Assembly: GCA_051294375.1 (NCBI GenBank)
Contig: CM119265.1
Coordinates: 26,201,748 to 26,265,747 of the forward strand
Length of the DNA stretch: 64,000 bases
Origin: Paraspadella gotoi
Taxonomy: Eukaryota > Animalia > Chaetognatha
Direction of reading: 5' to 3'
Shown here: in pieces, positions 1 through 14,108 of the stretch
How positions within the stretch are numbered: the first letter of the stretch is position 1
Layout: each line of letters starts with the position of its first letter
Translations under genes and position numbers: made by a program
The notes under the pieces: generated by a model
Database searches by the model: none
What the model was told of the DNA's origin: nothing
Seen by the model: the letters and a program-made list of their open reading frames with translations, nothing else

Positions 1-244
1 GATGAGGTTTAGGACAGTATGAGGAACAGTTTGAGAAACAGTTTGAAAATGACTCATTGAGAAGTTTTACAAACAGTTCTATAAACAGTTTGAATGACTA
101 GCTGCACCACCAATTTCACGAACAGATTGAATGATAGATTTAACCAGAATTTTGACGAACAGTGTGACAACACGTCGATTCGATATCATGACGAACACAT
201 CTCAATCTTGTCACATGCGCCTACTTGCAACGCTACTTACACTA

Positions 245-500
245 CCGACGAACGCTACTTCGACGAACGCTACTTCGACGAAACGCTACTTCGACGAACG
301 CTACTTCCGACGAACGCTACTTCGACGAACGCTACTTCGACGAACGCTACTTCGACGAACGCTACTTTGACGAACGCACTTCGACGAACGCTACTTCGAC
401 GAACGCTACTTCGACGAACGTTGCTACGACGAACACGCCTCGACGACGAACGCCACTACGACGAACGCCACTACGACGAACGCCACTACGACGAACGCCA
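245..500. repeat. 15-bp minisatellite (CGACGAACGCTACTT / CGACGAACGCCACTA)
   Basis: Direct tandem units are visible and explain the DERYF/TNATS/RRTLL ORFs in all three + frames. Confidence 0.9.
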
Positions 501-2237
501 GACGACCCCCCCTGTCGACCAATCCCATCAATCGTCGTCATTTGCGTCATCGTCGTCTTCTCCATCATCATCTTGATTCCTTGTTGTCTCGTATTCTTCG
601 CCAATGAGACCAACTGCAGCAGCAGCAGCAGAGGTCGCTACGTCGTCGTCGTCGGCGTTGCAGCCGCCGCGGCAGGGGATGCTGGCGACGAGAAGACTCC
701 CGTTTGAGCAGGAGAAGTTTAAAGACATGGAATTGTTGTGAAGTAAACAAACGAAGAGGGTTAGCGACTGGATGAAAAAAATGTTTGTTTCTAGTTATTA
801 GCTTCTTATTTTTGATTAAGTATTACAAGGTTTTTTTTTCTTTTTTTGGTTTCGTTTTCTCATAGAGAAAATAGACCATTTAGTTGACAAACATAGTTTT
901 AAAAAAATAAAAAGTTTGATAAAACCACGAACAGTGTTTTTATGCAGACAATAACAGGAGAGCGTTATCTTCCTTTAAACTTATTCGAGGCTGTATAACC
1001 TGGCCCTTGGAAACGTTCTCTATAACGGCAGTTATCGTATACGGTATTGGATGTAATTTGGCCATGTCGTTCTGGTTATAACGTTACGTCGGTGCTCGAA
1101 ATTGAATGATCTTCTATCGGAATGAACGTGTTTATCTCAAATCGTTTAAATTTTTTGTAAAAAGGTTTTTAAGGCAAATGTTCGACACTAGGCAGGTAGT
1201 ATTAGTAAATATTGGTCCAGCAAGCATGCTTCGTTAACTTTTTAGTTTAAATAAAACCCAAAATTGGGTCTGGTTTAAATGTGAGAGACCGTTCTGAACG
1301 GAGAGAGAGAAATTGAGACTGAGCGCTCGAATCTGTGGGAGAGAAAAAAAGGGCACAAATTTGTTTGAAACCTCAATCTGGCCGAAACCAATTGGTGGTA
1401 GAGGAGACAAAGGATCGGCGATATCACGAATGAAAATCAGTGAGGATATCACAGGGGATATCATCAATGACATCAGTTAAAATTGGAGATCGACTGAGGC
1501 GGAGGATGGGAATTAAGTTTCGGATTCGAGCTTAATCTCTTCTTTCTCCTTTCCCATTTTTGTTTTTTTTCCTATTTTTTTCCTTTTTTTTCTTTGTAGT
1601 ATTTCTCTTCTCTTTCCTTCATATAATTTTTTTTTATTCTCTACCGCTGCTTTCTCTTCTCTCTCTCTCTTTCTCTCTCTCTCCCCCCCTCCTTCTCTTC
1701 TTCTCCGTCTTCCCCTTTCCCCTTCTCCCTCTCTTCCTCCCTACCTCTCTTCCCACTTCCTCCCTCTATTCTTCTCCCCGAATCCGCGAACCAAAAAAAA
1801 AAAAAGATTTCAGTCTTTGTTCAATTAAGTCCCTTGACTTTAGAATCGTCTAATTTGCTCCGATTCAAAAGCATTCTCTCCTCTCACTCTTCCCTTTAAA
1901 AGCATCACACTCTTTCAACCCAACGTCTCACTACTCACACTCTTTACTATTCTCATTCTTTCCTCTTCTAATCTCTCACTCTTTAACGTCGTTTCACCCA
2001 GAACTCACTTCACCGATTCACTCCTTTCAATCGTACTCAATTTTCATTCCGTCAGACCGGTTAATCGGTTAACCGGTTTAACGTCTAATTCCATCATCTT
2101 TCACCATTTCCCATTCACCAGCCAGCACGTCCAACTGCAACGCAACATCATCGCCAGCAGTCCTCCAAATCCTTATGTTACTGAACCAAAGAAGATTGCA
2201 CAACATTCTGTTCGGATCAGTTTTTCTGCATGTCACT

Positions 2238-2412
2238 GATGATCCTGATGATCCTGATGATCCTGATGAACCCTAATGATCCTGATGTTCCTGATGATCC
2301 TGATATCCTGATAATCCTGATGATCCTGATGATCCTGATGATCCTGATGTTCCTGATGATCCTGATAATCCTGATAATCCTGATGATCCTGATATCTGAT
2401 GATCCTGATGAT
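2238..2412. repeat. 9-bp tandem repeat (GATCCTGAT)n
   Basis: Directly visible units; they give the ILM/QDH/IIR pseudo-ORFs. Confidence 0.9.
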
Positions 2413-3018
2413 GCAACACCAGTCGGCCAGTTGTCCAGTCGGTCGTCGGCCGATTGCCGTGGACTCAAAATCCCCCCCCCCAAATCCTCGTCCCAATCAA
2501 TTAGCTTTTTATTTTCTTTCTCCGTCCATCGTCCGTCTCACCGTGGAAAATTTTGCCCAAAATGTCCGTCTGAACATTCGTAATGCGATTTTGTTCCATC
2601 GCTCCTGTCTCCATTAAATCTCTCTCTCTCTCTCTCTCTCTCTTCCTTCGTTAATCCAACTAAAGTGTTATTTTCACCGAAAGAATTAAAGATTAAAAAA
2701 TTCTAGAAGCGAACGCGTGACCAAAAACAAAATGGAGACGACGCCCTCTCCAGTTTTCGCGCGTCTTTTTGTTTTTTTGATGATTTATTCTTCGGCATCC
2801 CGCGTCCCGCGTTCGTTTGGCGGAGCCACCCGTCGCGATTTGGAAGAAAGAAATATGAGGAGGTGAGAAGAAAATAATGGGTGAAGAGAAAATAAAGAGT
2901 GAAAGATAAGTAATGGGTGGGAATAAATAATAGGAAAAAGTGAGGGAGAAAAGGGGGAGAGAGAGAGAAGGAGGGGAGAGAGGAGAGAAAAAACAGAAGA
3001 GATAGAGAAAGATAGAAA

Positions 3019-3053
<35 letters not shown>

Positions 3054-4007
3054 CGAGAGAGAGAGAGAGATAAGAGAGAGAGAGAGACAATTGGGGATGA
3101 AGCCAGAAGAGTTGAGAGCAAAGGGTAAGGCCAATGAATGGAAAACGAATTCAAGGAATCAACAAATCAAGACTTACCCCCCCTGTCTGTTTGTCTGAAC
3201 CCGAATCCGACTTTTCTCCTCCTCTTTCCTTCTCTTTACTTTTTCAATTTTCTTATTTCGCCTTTCGTTATTCTCTTTCTTTTTCTTATTCTGCTTCCGT
3301 CTCTCATTGCTTATGTAAATAAATGTTTGAAATGATCATTTTTCTTTTTTTTTTTCGCTTTTTTTGTTCACGTTGTCAATCATTAATTCCTCCTTAAGCA
3401 TGGACCTTTTGTTCTCACTTCTCTGCTTCTCCTTTTCGTCATCTCTCCCTCTTTCTCTTTTCTTCTCTCTTTCCTCTCCATCTCCATCCCTTTCCTCCTT
3501 TCTCCTTTTTCTTTTTCCTTCCTTTCCTCCTCTCTCCCTCTTTCTCTTCTTCTCCTCCCTTTCCTTCGCCCTCTCCTTTACTTTCCTCTTTTCTCTCCTT
3601 CGCGCGTTCACTTCCTTCGAGTCTTCGAGTCTTCGACAGCGTTTGGCAAGGCGCGAGTAATTGGAAACCAAAAAAAAAAAAAAAAAAGAAGAGAAAACAA
3701 AGAAAGAGAAGATGGAAATAAAAAAAAAATTAAAGATATTTATGATTAATATAATATTCTTAATTTAAATAATTATATTGTTGAATTGTAAACTGTACAA
3801 TTGCGTTTATCTGTAATGCTGATGCCTTTTGAAGACTGTTCAAACTAATTGTAAACGAAAACACTATATATATTCATTTTAAGCCGAAGACCTCTCTAGG
3901 GAAATTAGCGCTAAATAGTATCGATCTCAAGACTCAAGAGAGGCTTATTGTCCCTACGAGAAAATTAACTTGGGGGAATATTTTTAACAAAATCAAAATG
4001 ACAACAC

Positions 4008-4259
4008 CCGGGTTGCCTCTGATACACTCCTGCTGGCATAGGGTTTTGGAATAGGTTTAAATTTATTTAGTTAAAGATTAGTTTGCGGTTTAAAGTAAGG
4101 GATTCGGTTACTCATCAGAGTTATCAGGTTTATGGTGAGAGGTTAGGGTTAAAATCCTAACATTAAGGATAATGATTTAGGGTTAGGGTTAAAAATGAGG
4201 TTGAAGGTTTTAGGTTAATCATTGAGACAGAAACGGGGCACTCTCGGAAAAGAGAGCCG
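4008..4259 (+). mobile_element. MITE-like element with degenerate TTAGGG internal array (copy 1; left end uncertain)
   Basis: The right end GGGGCACTCTCGGAAAAGAGAGCCG is the inverse of the CGGCTCTCTTTTCC..CGCCCC terminus at 49344. Interior has TTAGGG-like units. Confidence 0.55.
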
Positions 4260-5151
4260 ACATTGTATCGTCTTTTGTTTTGTTTACATCTTTGACGTCG
4301 TTTTATTTCGGAATCAGTCGGCGATTAAGCTCCCGTTGACGAAAAAATAAAAAAACCCAAAAAAAACAAAAAAACACCGGATTGCCTTTTGTTTTGTCTC
4401 AAAACAAACTTTGTTGGTATTTGAACATTCTCACTATTTTTAAGTCTAAATTCAAGAATGGGGGCGTCGAGGGGGGAAGGTTGAAGGCGGAAGAGTTCTT
4501 TTGTTCTTTTACTTATTTTCTCTCTTCAGCTTTATTTATATAGTTCTTGATTTTCTTACACAGTTTTTTTTTCTCTCGGCCCGGTTCGGGTTATTTTTAA
4601 GACCGAAAAGGAAAAAAAATAAAACTCGAGATACGAAGACAAATGTCCACTGCACAATGCAGCAATGCGCATCTTCAACTTTTGGAACCGTTTGCTCGGC
4701 GCCCACGCGTGTCCACGTTACTTCCTAAGACGTAAATAAAAAAAGTCAACAATAACAACAAAAAAAAAGAAACAAACGAGGTCGATGTGTTTCACCTCAC
4801 GTACGATAGAGGGCATCGCGAAAAGTGTCGCGAGAACGATGACGACGACAATGGCGACGATAACGACGATAACGACTATAACGACTATACGACGACCTCT
4901 ATGATAAACCGCCGACTTAAAAATGATAGATTGCCGATCATCACGACGACGATACGATGACACCCGATGACAAAAATATGATAACTTGGTCCTAATGACA
5001 AGACATGTCAATTCCGACAACAATGACGAAAATAGCGACTACGATGAATGACGACGACGACGACGACGAGGATGTCAATGACTCTGTGATAAACTCCAAT
5101 TTGCCTTCAAGATGACTATGACGACATCTATTGTCGATGTCGACGACGCCT

Positions 5152-5248
5152 ACGGTGACGCGGCTGAGGGGCCAAGGGGCCAAGGGGCCGACGGTGACGC
5201 GGCTGAGGGGCCAAGGGGCCAAGGGGCCGACGGTGACGCGGCTGAGGA
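5152..5248. repeat. 39-bp GC-rich tandem repeat, ~2.5 units
   Basis: CGGTGACGCGGCTGAGGGGCCAAGGGGCCAAGGGGCCGA repeated. Confidence 0.85.
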
Positions 5249-5324
5249 CGGACCCAATTGGCCAAGCCTTCTCACGACGCGCCACCAAATGTTGGATAAG
5301 GATGTGATTTTTTTTTGAGTCACC

Positions 5325-5560
5325 TCACCCTCACTTCCTCCCAGCTCACTCGACCTCACTTCCTCCTCACTTCTCTTAACTCCGACCTCACTTCCTCCTC
5401 ACTTCTCCTTTAACTACCGACCTCACTTCCTCCTCACTTCTCCTTTAACTCCGAGCCTAACCTCCTCCTACTCTCCTTTAACTCCGACCTCCTTCCTTCT
5501 CACTTCCCCCCTCATCCGACCTCACTTCCTCTTTACTTCTTCCTCTCACTCCGACCTCGC
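5325..5560. repeat. ~29-bp pyrimidine-rich minisatellite (CCGACCTCACTTCCTCCTCACTTCTCCTTTAACT-like)
   Basis: Degenerate tandem units are visible. Confidence 0.75.
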
Positions 5561-5819
5561 CTCTCAAAAAAAATACATTTTTTTATCGGCCCTTCGTGAT
5601 TTCTCTCCTTCGACATTCGCTCTTCCTCCTCATTCCCCCCTCCCCCAATCCCCCTCCCCCCCGCGACCGTCCCTCGTCTGTCCATTTGTTTTCTTTCCCA
5701 CCTTCGACCCGCGGGGCTCGGTGACCCTCGTGACCTTCCGCCACCCTCGGGGCGACACGTGACCCCGTCGACCTCGAAACAACTTCGAGCTCGAGACGAT
5801 TTTTCACGATAACTCATCC

Positions 5820-5892
<73 letters not shown>

Positions 5893-6214
5893 GAGAGAGA
5901 GAGAGAGATAGAGGAGATTTTGATTTGATTGATTTATTATGCTCAAAATGTGAATGTTTAACACAGTAACATGTAACAGTTAATGAGCCGTACATTTACA
6001 TGTATGTACACATTTAAAGAAATGTAAATTAATTAAACAAACAAAAAAATACAAGTGGACTAATATAATACATAGTTTAAATTTCAGTATTTACACATAG
6101 ATCCCGTTCCTTTTTTAACGTTCCACACTCTCTCTATCCGAATCATGATATGCTTTAGTTTTTCTATGTTATTTAAGTATATATCAGAAAAATGTATTTA
6201 TCAAGATTGGACAT

Positions 6215-6259
<45 letters not shown>

Positions 6260-6954
6260 AGAGAGAAGAGAGGGGGAAATTCAGTTGAAGCTCGCAATGA
6301 GTTAGCTTAACCCGCAGTATTCTAAACCTTAACTTAAGCTTTGAGACAGTCTGATTCCCTAAAAAATATGGAGTCTGACTGGAGAGGGAGAGAAGAGAGA
6401 GAGAGAGAGANNNNNNNNNNNNNNNNNNNNNNNNNGAGAGAGAGAGAGAGAGAGAGAGAGAGACTCTGTTGGACGTCGATTCGCTATCAGTTTTACAACG
6501 AGCGTATATCTCGAGTCTTTCACTGAACTCGATTATCCGTTTGTCTGGTGAATCTGTTCAACAATGAAAATCATCTCTTTTTGTTTGTGTTATTTATTTA
6601 TTTATTTATTTATTCATTTCTTTAAATAATTATTTATTTATTTAATTTTTTATTTATTTATCTATTTTTTTATTCATTTATTTGTTCTGTCTTTTATTTT
6701 TACATTCTTTTTATTTTATTTCTTATCTTCTCTTCTCTGTCACCTCTTCTCCCTCTTCCTTCCTATTTCTTCCTACTCTCTCTCCCCCTCTCTCTCCCTC
6801 TCCCTCTCCCTCTCTCTCCCCCGGCCATTTTCCTCACCGCCTGCCAAGTTGTAAAACAACCTCTGAATTCGTTTAACGATTTCCTTTCTCGATTTATTTC
6901 GTGTCTCTGCGGACTTTTCCTCTTCTTCTCTCCTTCACTTTTCTCTTCCTTATA

Positions 6955-7080
6955 ATATTGGTGCAACTAAATATAATATTATCCATTCATTCAATAAATA
7001 AGCCAACTATATAGACTATGGGAGTTTAAGAAAAAGGACCCTACAAGCTTTCAATCAAGACTCTCTCACAGTCTCGTTTA
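6955..7080. repeat. Interspersed repeat fragment (family also at ~18130-18290 and ~40355-40530)
   Basis: Shared strings: TGGT(G/A)CA..AATAT..TTATC(C/T)ATTCATT..AATAAATAAGCCA, CAAGCTTTCAAT(C/T)AAGACTCT and GCCCTTG..TGGACA(A/G)GCTTTGG. Possibly a retroposon end; family not identified. Confidence 0.45.
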
Positions 7081-7658
7081 TTCACTCCCAGAATCCATGG
7101 CTTTCCTATCAATGAAGTGATATTATATTTCAAAAATTGTTTCAACTCTTTGTTATCTTCTCTTACTTTTCTCTTTTCTATTCATTTACAACTTTCCTCT
7201 CTTCTATTCTTCTATTTTCTCATCCCTTCTGTTCAGTTGCTCCTCTTTCTCCTCTTTCTATTTTCGCCCTCATTTCTTTTTTTGTATTTTCTTGCATGTA
7301 CTTAGATTTATACTTAGATTTATACTTACTTTACACTTCATTTATATCATTTTTTCATCTTCTAACCACATTTTATTCATTAATATCTTATCTCACTTTT
7401 TTTTTCCTCTTCCTTCATTTTTTCATTTCCTCATTTTCTTCTCTGCAAAATCATTTTCTCAAATAGCCATCTCCGTCGTTTATCATTTTTTCTTCCATTT
7501 CGTTCCTTTTTTCCCCATTTTCCATTACAATCACAATCATCATTTTTTAAACTCAATTTTATTTATATTTTAAGTACAATTGTACATGTAGTAACCTTAT
7601 CACCTTTCTTTAACCGTTCAATCTGTGTCTTTCTTTAATCTTTATCATTTTAATTAAG

Positions 7659-10600
7659 GTACAACTAGATCAACGTCCTTTGGCATTTTCCCACTCCTTC
7701 CTTATCGGATGGATGGAACATTCTTCTTGGTTCCCAGAATATGACCCCAAACAAAAGCCTTTTGTACATGTCGGCCGCGTGGCCTAATGGAGAAGGCGTC
7801 TGACTTCGAATCAGAAGATTGAGGGTTCGAGTCCCTTCGTGGTCATTTTTTGTTTTATATTATTAATAAAAATAAGATATTCTTTTTATAATTTAGTTAA
7901 CATTAATTCTCTGATGATTTGGCAATTCTCGTACAAAATATATAGTAGTTTATTTCATATATTTTTTATTTAGCTTTTTAAATACAGTTGGCCGCGTGGC
8001 CTAATGGAGAAGGCGTCTGACTTCGAATCAGAAGATTGAGGGTTCGAGTCCCTTCGCGGTCACCAACTTTTTGATTAAAATACTTACGTTTTAGCTTTAA
8101 GATATAATTACGTTGAGAAGTTACATTTTGATAAATTTCGCATGTGGCAAATTTGAGTTATCTTAATTAAATGTAATTTCATTAACATAAATCGAAATTG
8201 TCATTAATAATTAAAGTACATTGCCTATTCTCTTTTACAGCAGACGTTTCGAATTTCCCTTTTCCCTCAAATCTTTTCTCTCCCCTTTTTTTTCCTTCTC
8301 CCGCGTAAATCAGATCGATACAAAATCTTTTTAGTTCTCAACAAAAAATTTTTTTTATTTAATTTTTTTTTTCTGGCAAGGAGGAGGAAGAAGAAGAAGA
8401 AGACGACGACGACGACAAAGAGGACGTCGACGACGACGAAATCATGGGAGGAAGTTTGTCTCGGGAAGAAAGAAATTACACCGTGACCACGGGTAAGGCT
8501 TCTTTAGGTAAGGACTTTGATTGGAAATCAGTGAAAGATTTTCCGGTTTGCTGGTCGATACTCCAGGGAAAAGCTTGAAATCGAAAACAATAGAAAATGG
8601 GAGAATCGAATGAGTTATTGTCCTCGTGGTTTTTATCTGCCGTCGTCGTCGTCGTCGTCGTTTTCTTCGTCGTCTTCGTCGTCGTCCTTCTCCTTATGCT
8701 CGTCATCTTCATTGTCGTCTTCGTCGTTGTCGTTAGCTTCGTCGTCCTCATCATCATCGTCGTCGTCTTGGTCCTCGTCGTCTTTGTCATCGTCTTCGTC
8801 GTCCTCATCATTGTCGTCTTCTTCGTCTTGGTCGTCATCTTCATCGTCATCGTCTTCGTCATATTCGTCGTCGTCACCATCGTCGTCGTCTTCGTCATCG
8901 TCGTCTTCGTCGTCCTCATCGTCGTCGTCGTCAACCCAGTGGCCGAGACGGATTCGCTCCATGAGTTTCAACCATAATTTTCCGACGAGAAATAATGGCG
9001 GACGTTTTATGGTTGGACGAACCGACGTCTACTGTAGTCGAGTTTGAAAATGTTTTTTTTATTTATTTTGGGGAGTGTGATTAGGGGGTGAAGGAGTTGG
9101 TTAAAAGAGTTACAATGAATTTTTGTCTTTCACTGATCACTCGATAATTATTCGTCTCACAGGAAATGGGGACGAAATCACTGGCTTCACGATTCGAATA
9201 TGTGAGAATCATTTTATAAAATATATGTGAAAAATTTTAAAATTACTCGTTTCAATGATTAAGATTAAAATAGACAAAATTGATTTTACATAACTATTTT
9301 ATTTAATTTTTATTAGATTTATTTATTATATTTAAATTTTATGAAATAAGTCACAGCCGTTTATTAAACAATCGATATTTCTTCAGGCGCTGACACAAAA
9401 TCTGTTGCAAAGTCTCAAGCAGGTACCTGGAATCTGACGCGAGATATTTTTACTGTTTATAATAGTTTATCATTGTTTATTGCAGTTTTTATTTAATTTA
9501 AATAAATTAATTTCACAGTTTACTCGTAATAATAAATGCAACGAACATCGAGTAATCAATTCTCTATCACTCTCCCTCTCCCTCCACTTCTCCGCCTTCT
9601 CCCCCACCCCCCTCAAAAGCCATGGAGGACATCAGCTCGTCCATGAAGCGCCGATTTCCCGGCGCCGAGATGAGATTGACTTTCGTGACGGGATCCGACT
9701 CGGACGGACGAAGGACGACATCGCCGACGACGTCTTCCTCGCAGGGGCAGCTGGTGGAGGAGGGAACGATGATGGAGTGGGATGTCGATGTTGATGTAGT
9801 TGATGCAGTAGTAGGAAGGTTTTAGATTCTGCTACGTTAAAAAATTTATCTGATTCAGTTTATTCGAAAAATTTTTTTTATAGATCTTGCCTGCAGCAGT
9901 TGAGCAGTAAACTTTAAAATAGCAGTGTCATTAATTTCAGTCATAAATTTAAAGCGTATTTTATAATTAAACCAATTAATAAATTACTACCCCGTTTCTC
10001 TAATTTAAAAATTTCTAAAATTAAGAATAAGGAATCGAGAGACCGACCGACCGACCATTGAATCAGCTCCACCCGCCAACTCAAACGACCTCACCTTTGA
10101 CTTACTCGACTTACCCCGAAACCAACGCAGAAAATCTCCGACGCGGACTGCGTCATCACCGACGAGAAAATCGAAGACGACGAAGAAGACGAAAACGACG
10201 AAGAAGAAGAAGACGACGACGACGACGACGAAGAAGACGACGACGAAGATCTTTTCGCTAGCCTCACCTCTTTCCGCCCCAAGTGGCGCGTCCCGCTGAG
10301 GGAGTTGGGCTCCCTCAATCCGCCGCCAGCGGATTGGAGACTCGCTCCGGAATTCCCGGCGCCTTATCTCTCGGAGAAGATCAGGGTTAAGCAGATGGAG
10401 GCCTTTCATCCGCCCGTGGATGAGGAGGGGAAGGTAGGGAGGGTAGAGAGAGAGAGAGAGAGAGAGAGAGACTTTTTCTGTCTCTATTTCAAAGGCCTCG
10501 ATTCAATGGTTGATGGACAACAGTTCTCGTTCGGCGGAGGAATCTGAAATCTCCGACGACGTGTGAGTCCGCGAGAGAAAGTAGTTCTTGCCATTATTTG

Positions 10601-13600
10601 AAATTATCTTATTTTATTTATTTCAATGTAAATATGTTTTAATTAGACATTTAAAAAAATTAAGTGAATAATGATGAAGCTGATCATCTAGTTTGACAAT
10701 TCCCGATTTCGATATCCAACTTTCCAGCTGCTCCATCTGCATGGGGCCACTCCGTGCCAGTGCAGCCAAATCCAATACGACGACCCTCGCTGAAGCCGCA
10801 GCAGTCACGACCGAAGGCGCTAAACCTGCTGCAAAATCCGCAGCAACTTCCGCAGAATCGTCGGTGACTAATTCGCAAACAGCTTCGACCAAAGCTTCCA
10901 CCGCAGCAGCGGCTTCGATCCCTGGCGCAGGAGCCGGGTCGCCCAGCGGCGCAGCGAATCCCGTCGCCGCGGCGGAATCTTCCGCGGTGTCGGCATCAGC
11001 GTCCGAAGCAGCGTCGACGGGCGGCATCGCATCGGCGGTCGTGAAACTCGTCAATTGCGTTCACTTTCTTCACGCCGATTGTCTCGTCGCGATGTTGAAG
11101 GCGGATCAAAACAAAATGCTCAGGTCTTGTTTTCTTGTTTCTTTGTTTGCTATGTTTTNNNNNNNNNNNNNNNNNNNNNNNNNNNNNNNNNNNNNNNNNN
11201 NNNNNNNNNNNNNNNNNNNNNNNNNNNNNNNNNNNNNNNNNNNNNNNNNNNNNNNNNNNNNNNNNNNNNNNNNNNNNNNNNNNNNNNNNNNNNNNNNNNN
11301 NNNNNNNNNNNNNNNNNNNNNNNNNNNNNNNNNNNNNNNNNNNNNNNNNNNNNNNNNNNNNNNNNNNNNNNNNNNNNNNNNNNNNNNNNNNNNNNNNNNN
11401 NNNNNNNNNNNNNNNNNNNNNNNNNNNNNNNNNNNNNNNNNNNNNNNNNNNNNNNNNNNNNNNNNNNNNNNNNNNNNNNNNNNNNNNNNNNNNNNNNNNN
11501 NNNNNNNNNNNNNNNNNNNNNNNNNNNNNNNNNNNNNNNNNNNNNNNNNNNNNNNNNNNNNNNNNNNNNNNNNNNNNNNNNNNNNNNNNNNNNNNNNNNN
11601 NNNGAGGAGGGTAACGGTAGAGGAGGAGAAAAGTAATAAGAAGGTTAAAAAAGAGAATTTATTTAAAAAAGGAATAAGTAAACAGACAGAGAGAGAGACT
11701 GAAACAGACAGAGAGGGCAGAGAGATAAGAATCTCTCTCTCTCTCTATCACTCTCTCTCCCTTCTCTCTCTCTCACCCCCCCACCCAAAATCAGGTCCAT
11801 ACAACCGCAATCCCGGCACGCCCTACCACGTGGATAAACCCGTGAGGATAGCTTATCTCCCTAACAACGTCAAAGGCCGATTGGCTCTTCAGTTGATCAT
11901 CTTGGCCTGGGAGTGGAGGATCCTTTTCACCGTCGGGGGAGACTCAGGTTGGGAGTGTTGGGTTGTCGAGAGGTTGGGGGTTGTGGCTCGAAATCTGATG
12001 TGAACGAAGAAAAGGAAAAAGTAAGTGGTTGTCTTTCTAATATTGATGCATCGACCGCGAAGGGACTCGAACCCTCAATCTTCCGATTCGAAGTCGGACG
12101 CCTTCTCCATTAGGCCACGCAGCCCTGGTTGGTGGTTGTGGCATCTATGGTACGTAAAAAGTAGACCACAAAGGGAATTAAATCCGTAAGTCTGGTCCTC
12201 ATTAAGCTGACTCGAACGCGACATTGGGAAGTTGTATCTTCAAAGTGCAAAATTTGACTTTTATAAAAATATGAGTTCTCAGTAACTTGAAAATGACCGC
12301 GAAGGGACTCGAACCCTCAATCTTCTGATTCGAAGCCAGACGCCTTCTCCATTAGGCCACGCGGCCACTGTGGTCACGTGAATACTCTAATGAAATTAAT
12401 ATGTAATCTCAGGCGTCCCCAACAACGTCCAACCCAATCAAGTGTCGCTCGAAGACTTCGAGGATGAAGAAGAGGCGCAGTTGGACGCCTTGATCTTTGA
12501 GCTGAAGGATCTTGGAGTGGAGAGGGATGCATCTTCTCCGAGGCTTCGATCTGAAAAATTAAAGAGATGGAAAAGGAGATGGAAAACATATATGGAAAAA
12601 GAGATGGGGAAATTAAGAAGAGATGAAATCTTCTTTAATTGTTCCCTCTTTCTTCCTATTTCCTCTACCTCCTTCTTACCTCCTATCTTCCTCCCCCTTC
12701 TCCTTCTCCCATTCTCCCTCTTCTCCCCTCTCCCCCTCTCCCCCCTCTCTTCCCCTCCCCTTCTCCCTCCCCCCCCTTCTCCTTCTCCCCCCTCAACCTT
12801 CTTCGCCTCTCCTCCAACGCATCCCTCTCCACTCCAAGATCCTTCAGCTCAAAGATCAAGGCGTCCAACTGCGCCTCTTCTTCATCCTCGAAGTCTTCGA
12901 GCGACACTTGATTGGGTTGGACGTTGTTGGGAGCCCTGAGATTAAATATTAATTTATTAGAGTATTTACACAGTGGCCGCGTGCCTAATGGAGAAGGGCG
13001 TCTGCTTCGATCAGAAGATTGAGGGTTCGAGTCCCTCTTCGCGTCATTTTCAAGTTCACTGAGAACTCATAGTTTTTATAAAGACAAATTTTGCACTTTG
13101 AAGATACAACTTCCCAATGTCGCGTTCGAGTCAGCTTAATGAGGACCAGACTTACGGATTAATTCCCTTTGTGGTCTACTTTTTACGTACCATAGATGCC
13201 ACAACCACCAACCAGGGCTGCGTGGCCTAATGGAGAAGGCGTCCGACTTCGAAATCGGAAGATTGAGGGTTTCGAGTCCCTTCGCGGTCGATGCATACAT
13301 ATTAGAAAGACAACCACTTACTTTTTCCTTTTCTTCGTTCACATCAGATTTTCGAGCCACAACCCCCAACCTCTCGACACCCAACCTCCTAACCTGAGTC
13401 TCCCCGACGGTGAAAAGGATCCTCCACTCCAGGCCAAGATGATCAACTGAAGAGCCAATCGGCCTTTGACGTTGTTAGGAGAGATAAGCTATCCTCACGG
13501 GTTTATCCACGTGGTAGGGCGTGCCGGGATTTGCGGTTGTATGGACCTGATTTTGGGTGGGGGTGAGAGAGAGAGAAGGGAGAGAGAGTGATAGAGAGAG

Positions 13601-14039
13601 AGAGAGATTCTTATCTCTCTGCCTCTCTGTCTTGTTTTCAGTCTCTCTCTCTGTCTGTTTACTTATTCCTTTTTTAAATAAATTCTCTTTTTTAACCTTC
13701 TTATTACTTTTCTCCTCCTCTACCGTTACCCTCCTCCACCCCTCCCTTCCCTTTTTTCCCTCCCCCTCGCCCTCCCTCCATACCTTGAATCCCTCCCTCC
13801 CCATCCATCTTTCCCCTCCCCCCTCTCCCTCCCCTCCCACCTTGTATCCCTCCCTCCGCATCGAACTTGAAGCACAAGATTATCGACTCCGCCTCACGCG
13901 AGGTCTCTCCAAGAGTCCGTACAAAAAGGATCCGTCCGGACAGACGCTGGCCATTCGTCCGCTTTTGGGTCTTGCAGAGCGGACATTGATCCTGGAGAAG
14001 GATTTGTGACGGGGGAAATCTTTGGAGGGGAGTCGCTCG

Positions 14040-14108
<69 letters not shown>

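Noticed and set aside
94-707. Repeat proteins DERYF/TNATS/RRTLL
   Set aside because: Translations of a 15-bp minisatellite that is open in all frames.
8476-8977. Poly-Asp, poly-Thr and poly-Val ORFs
   Set aside because: Alternative frames of one (TCG/GAC)n tract; only the + strand Ser-rich frame links to splice sites.
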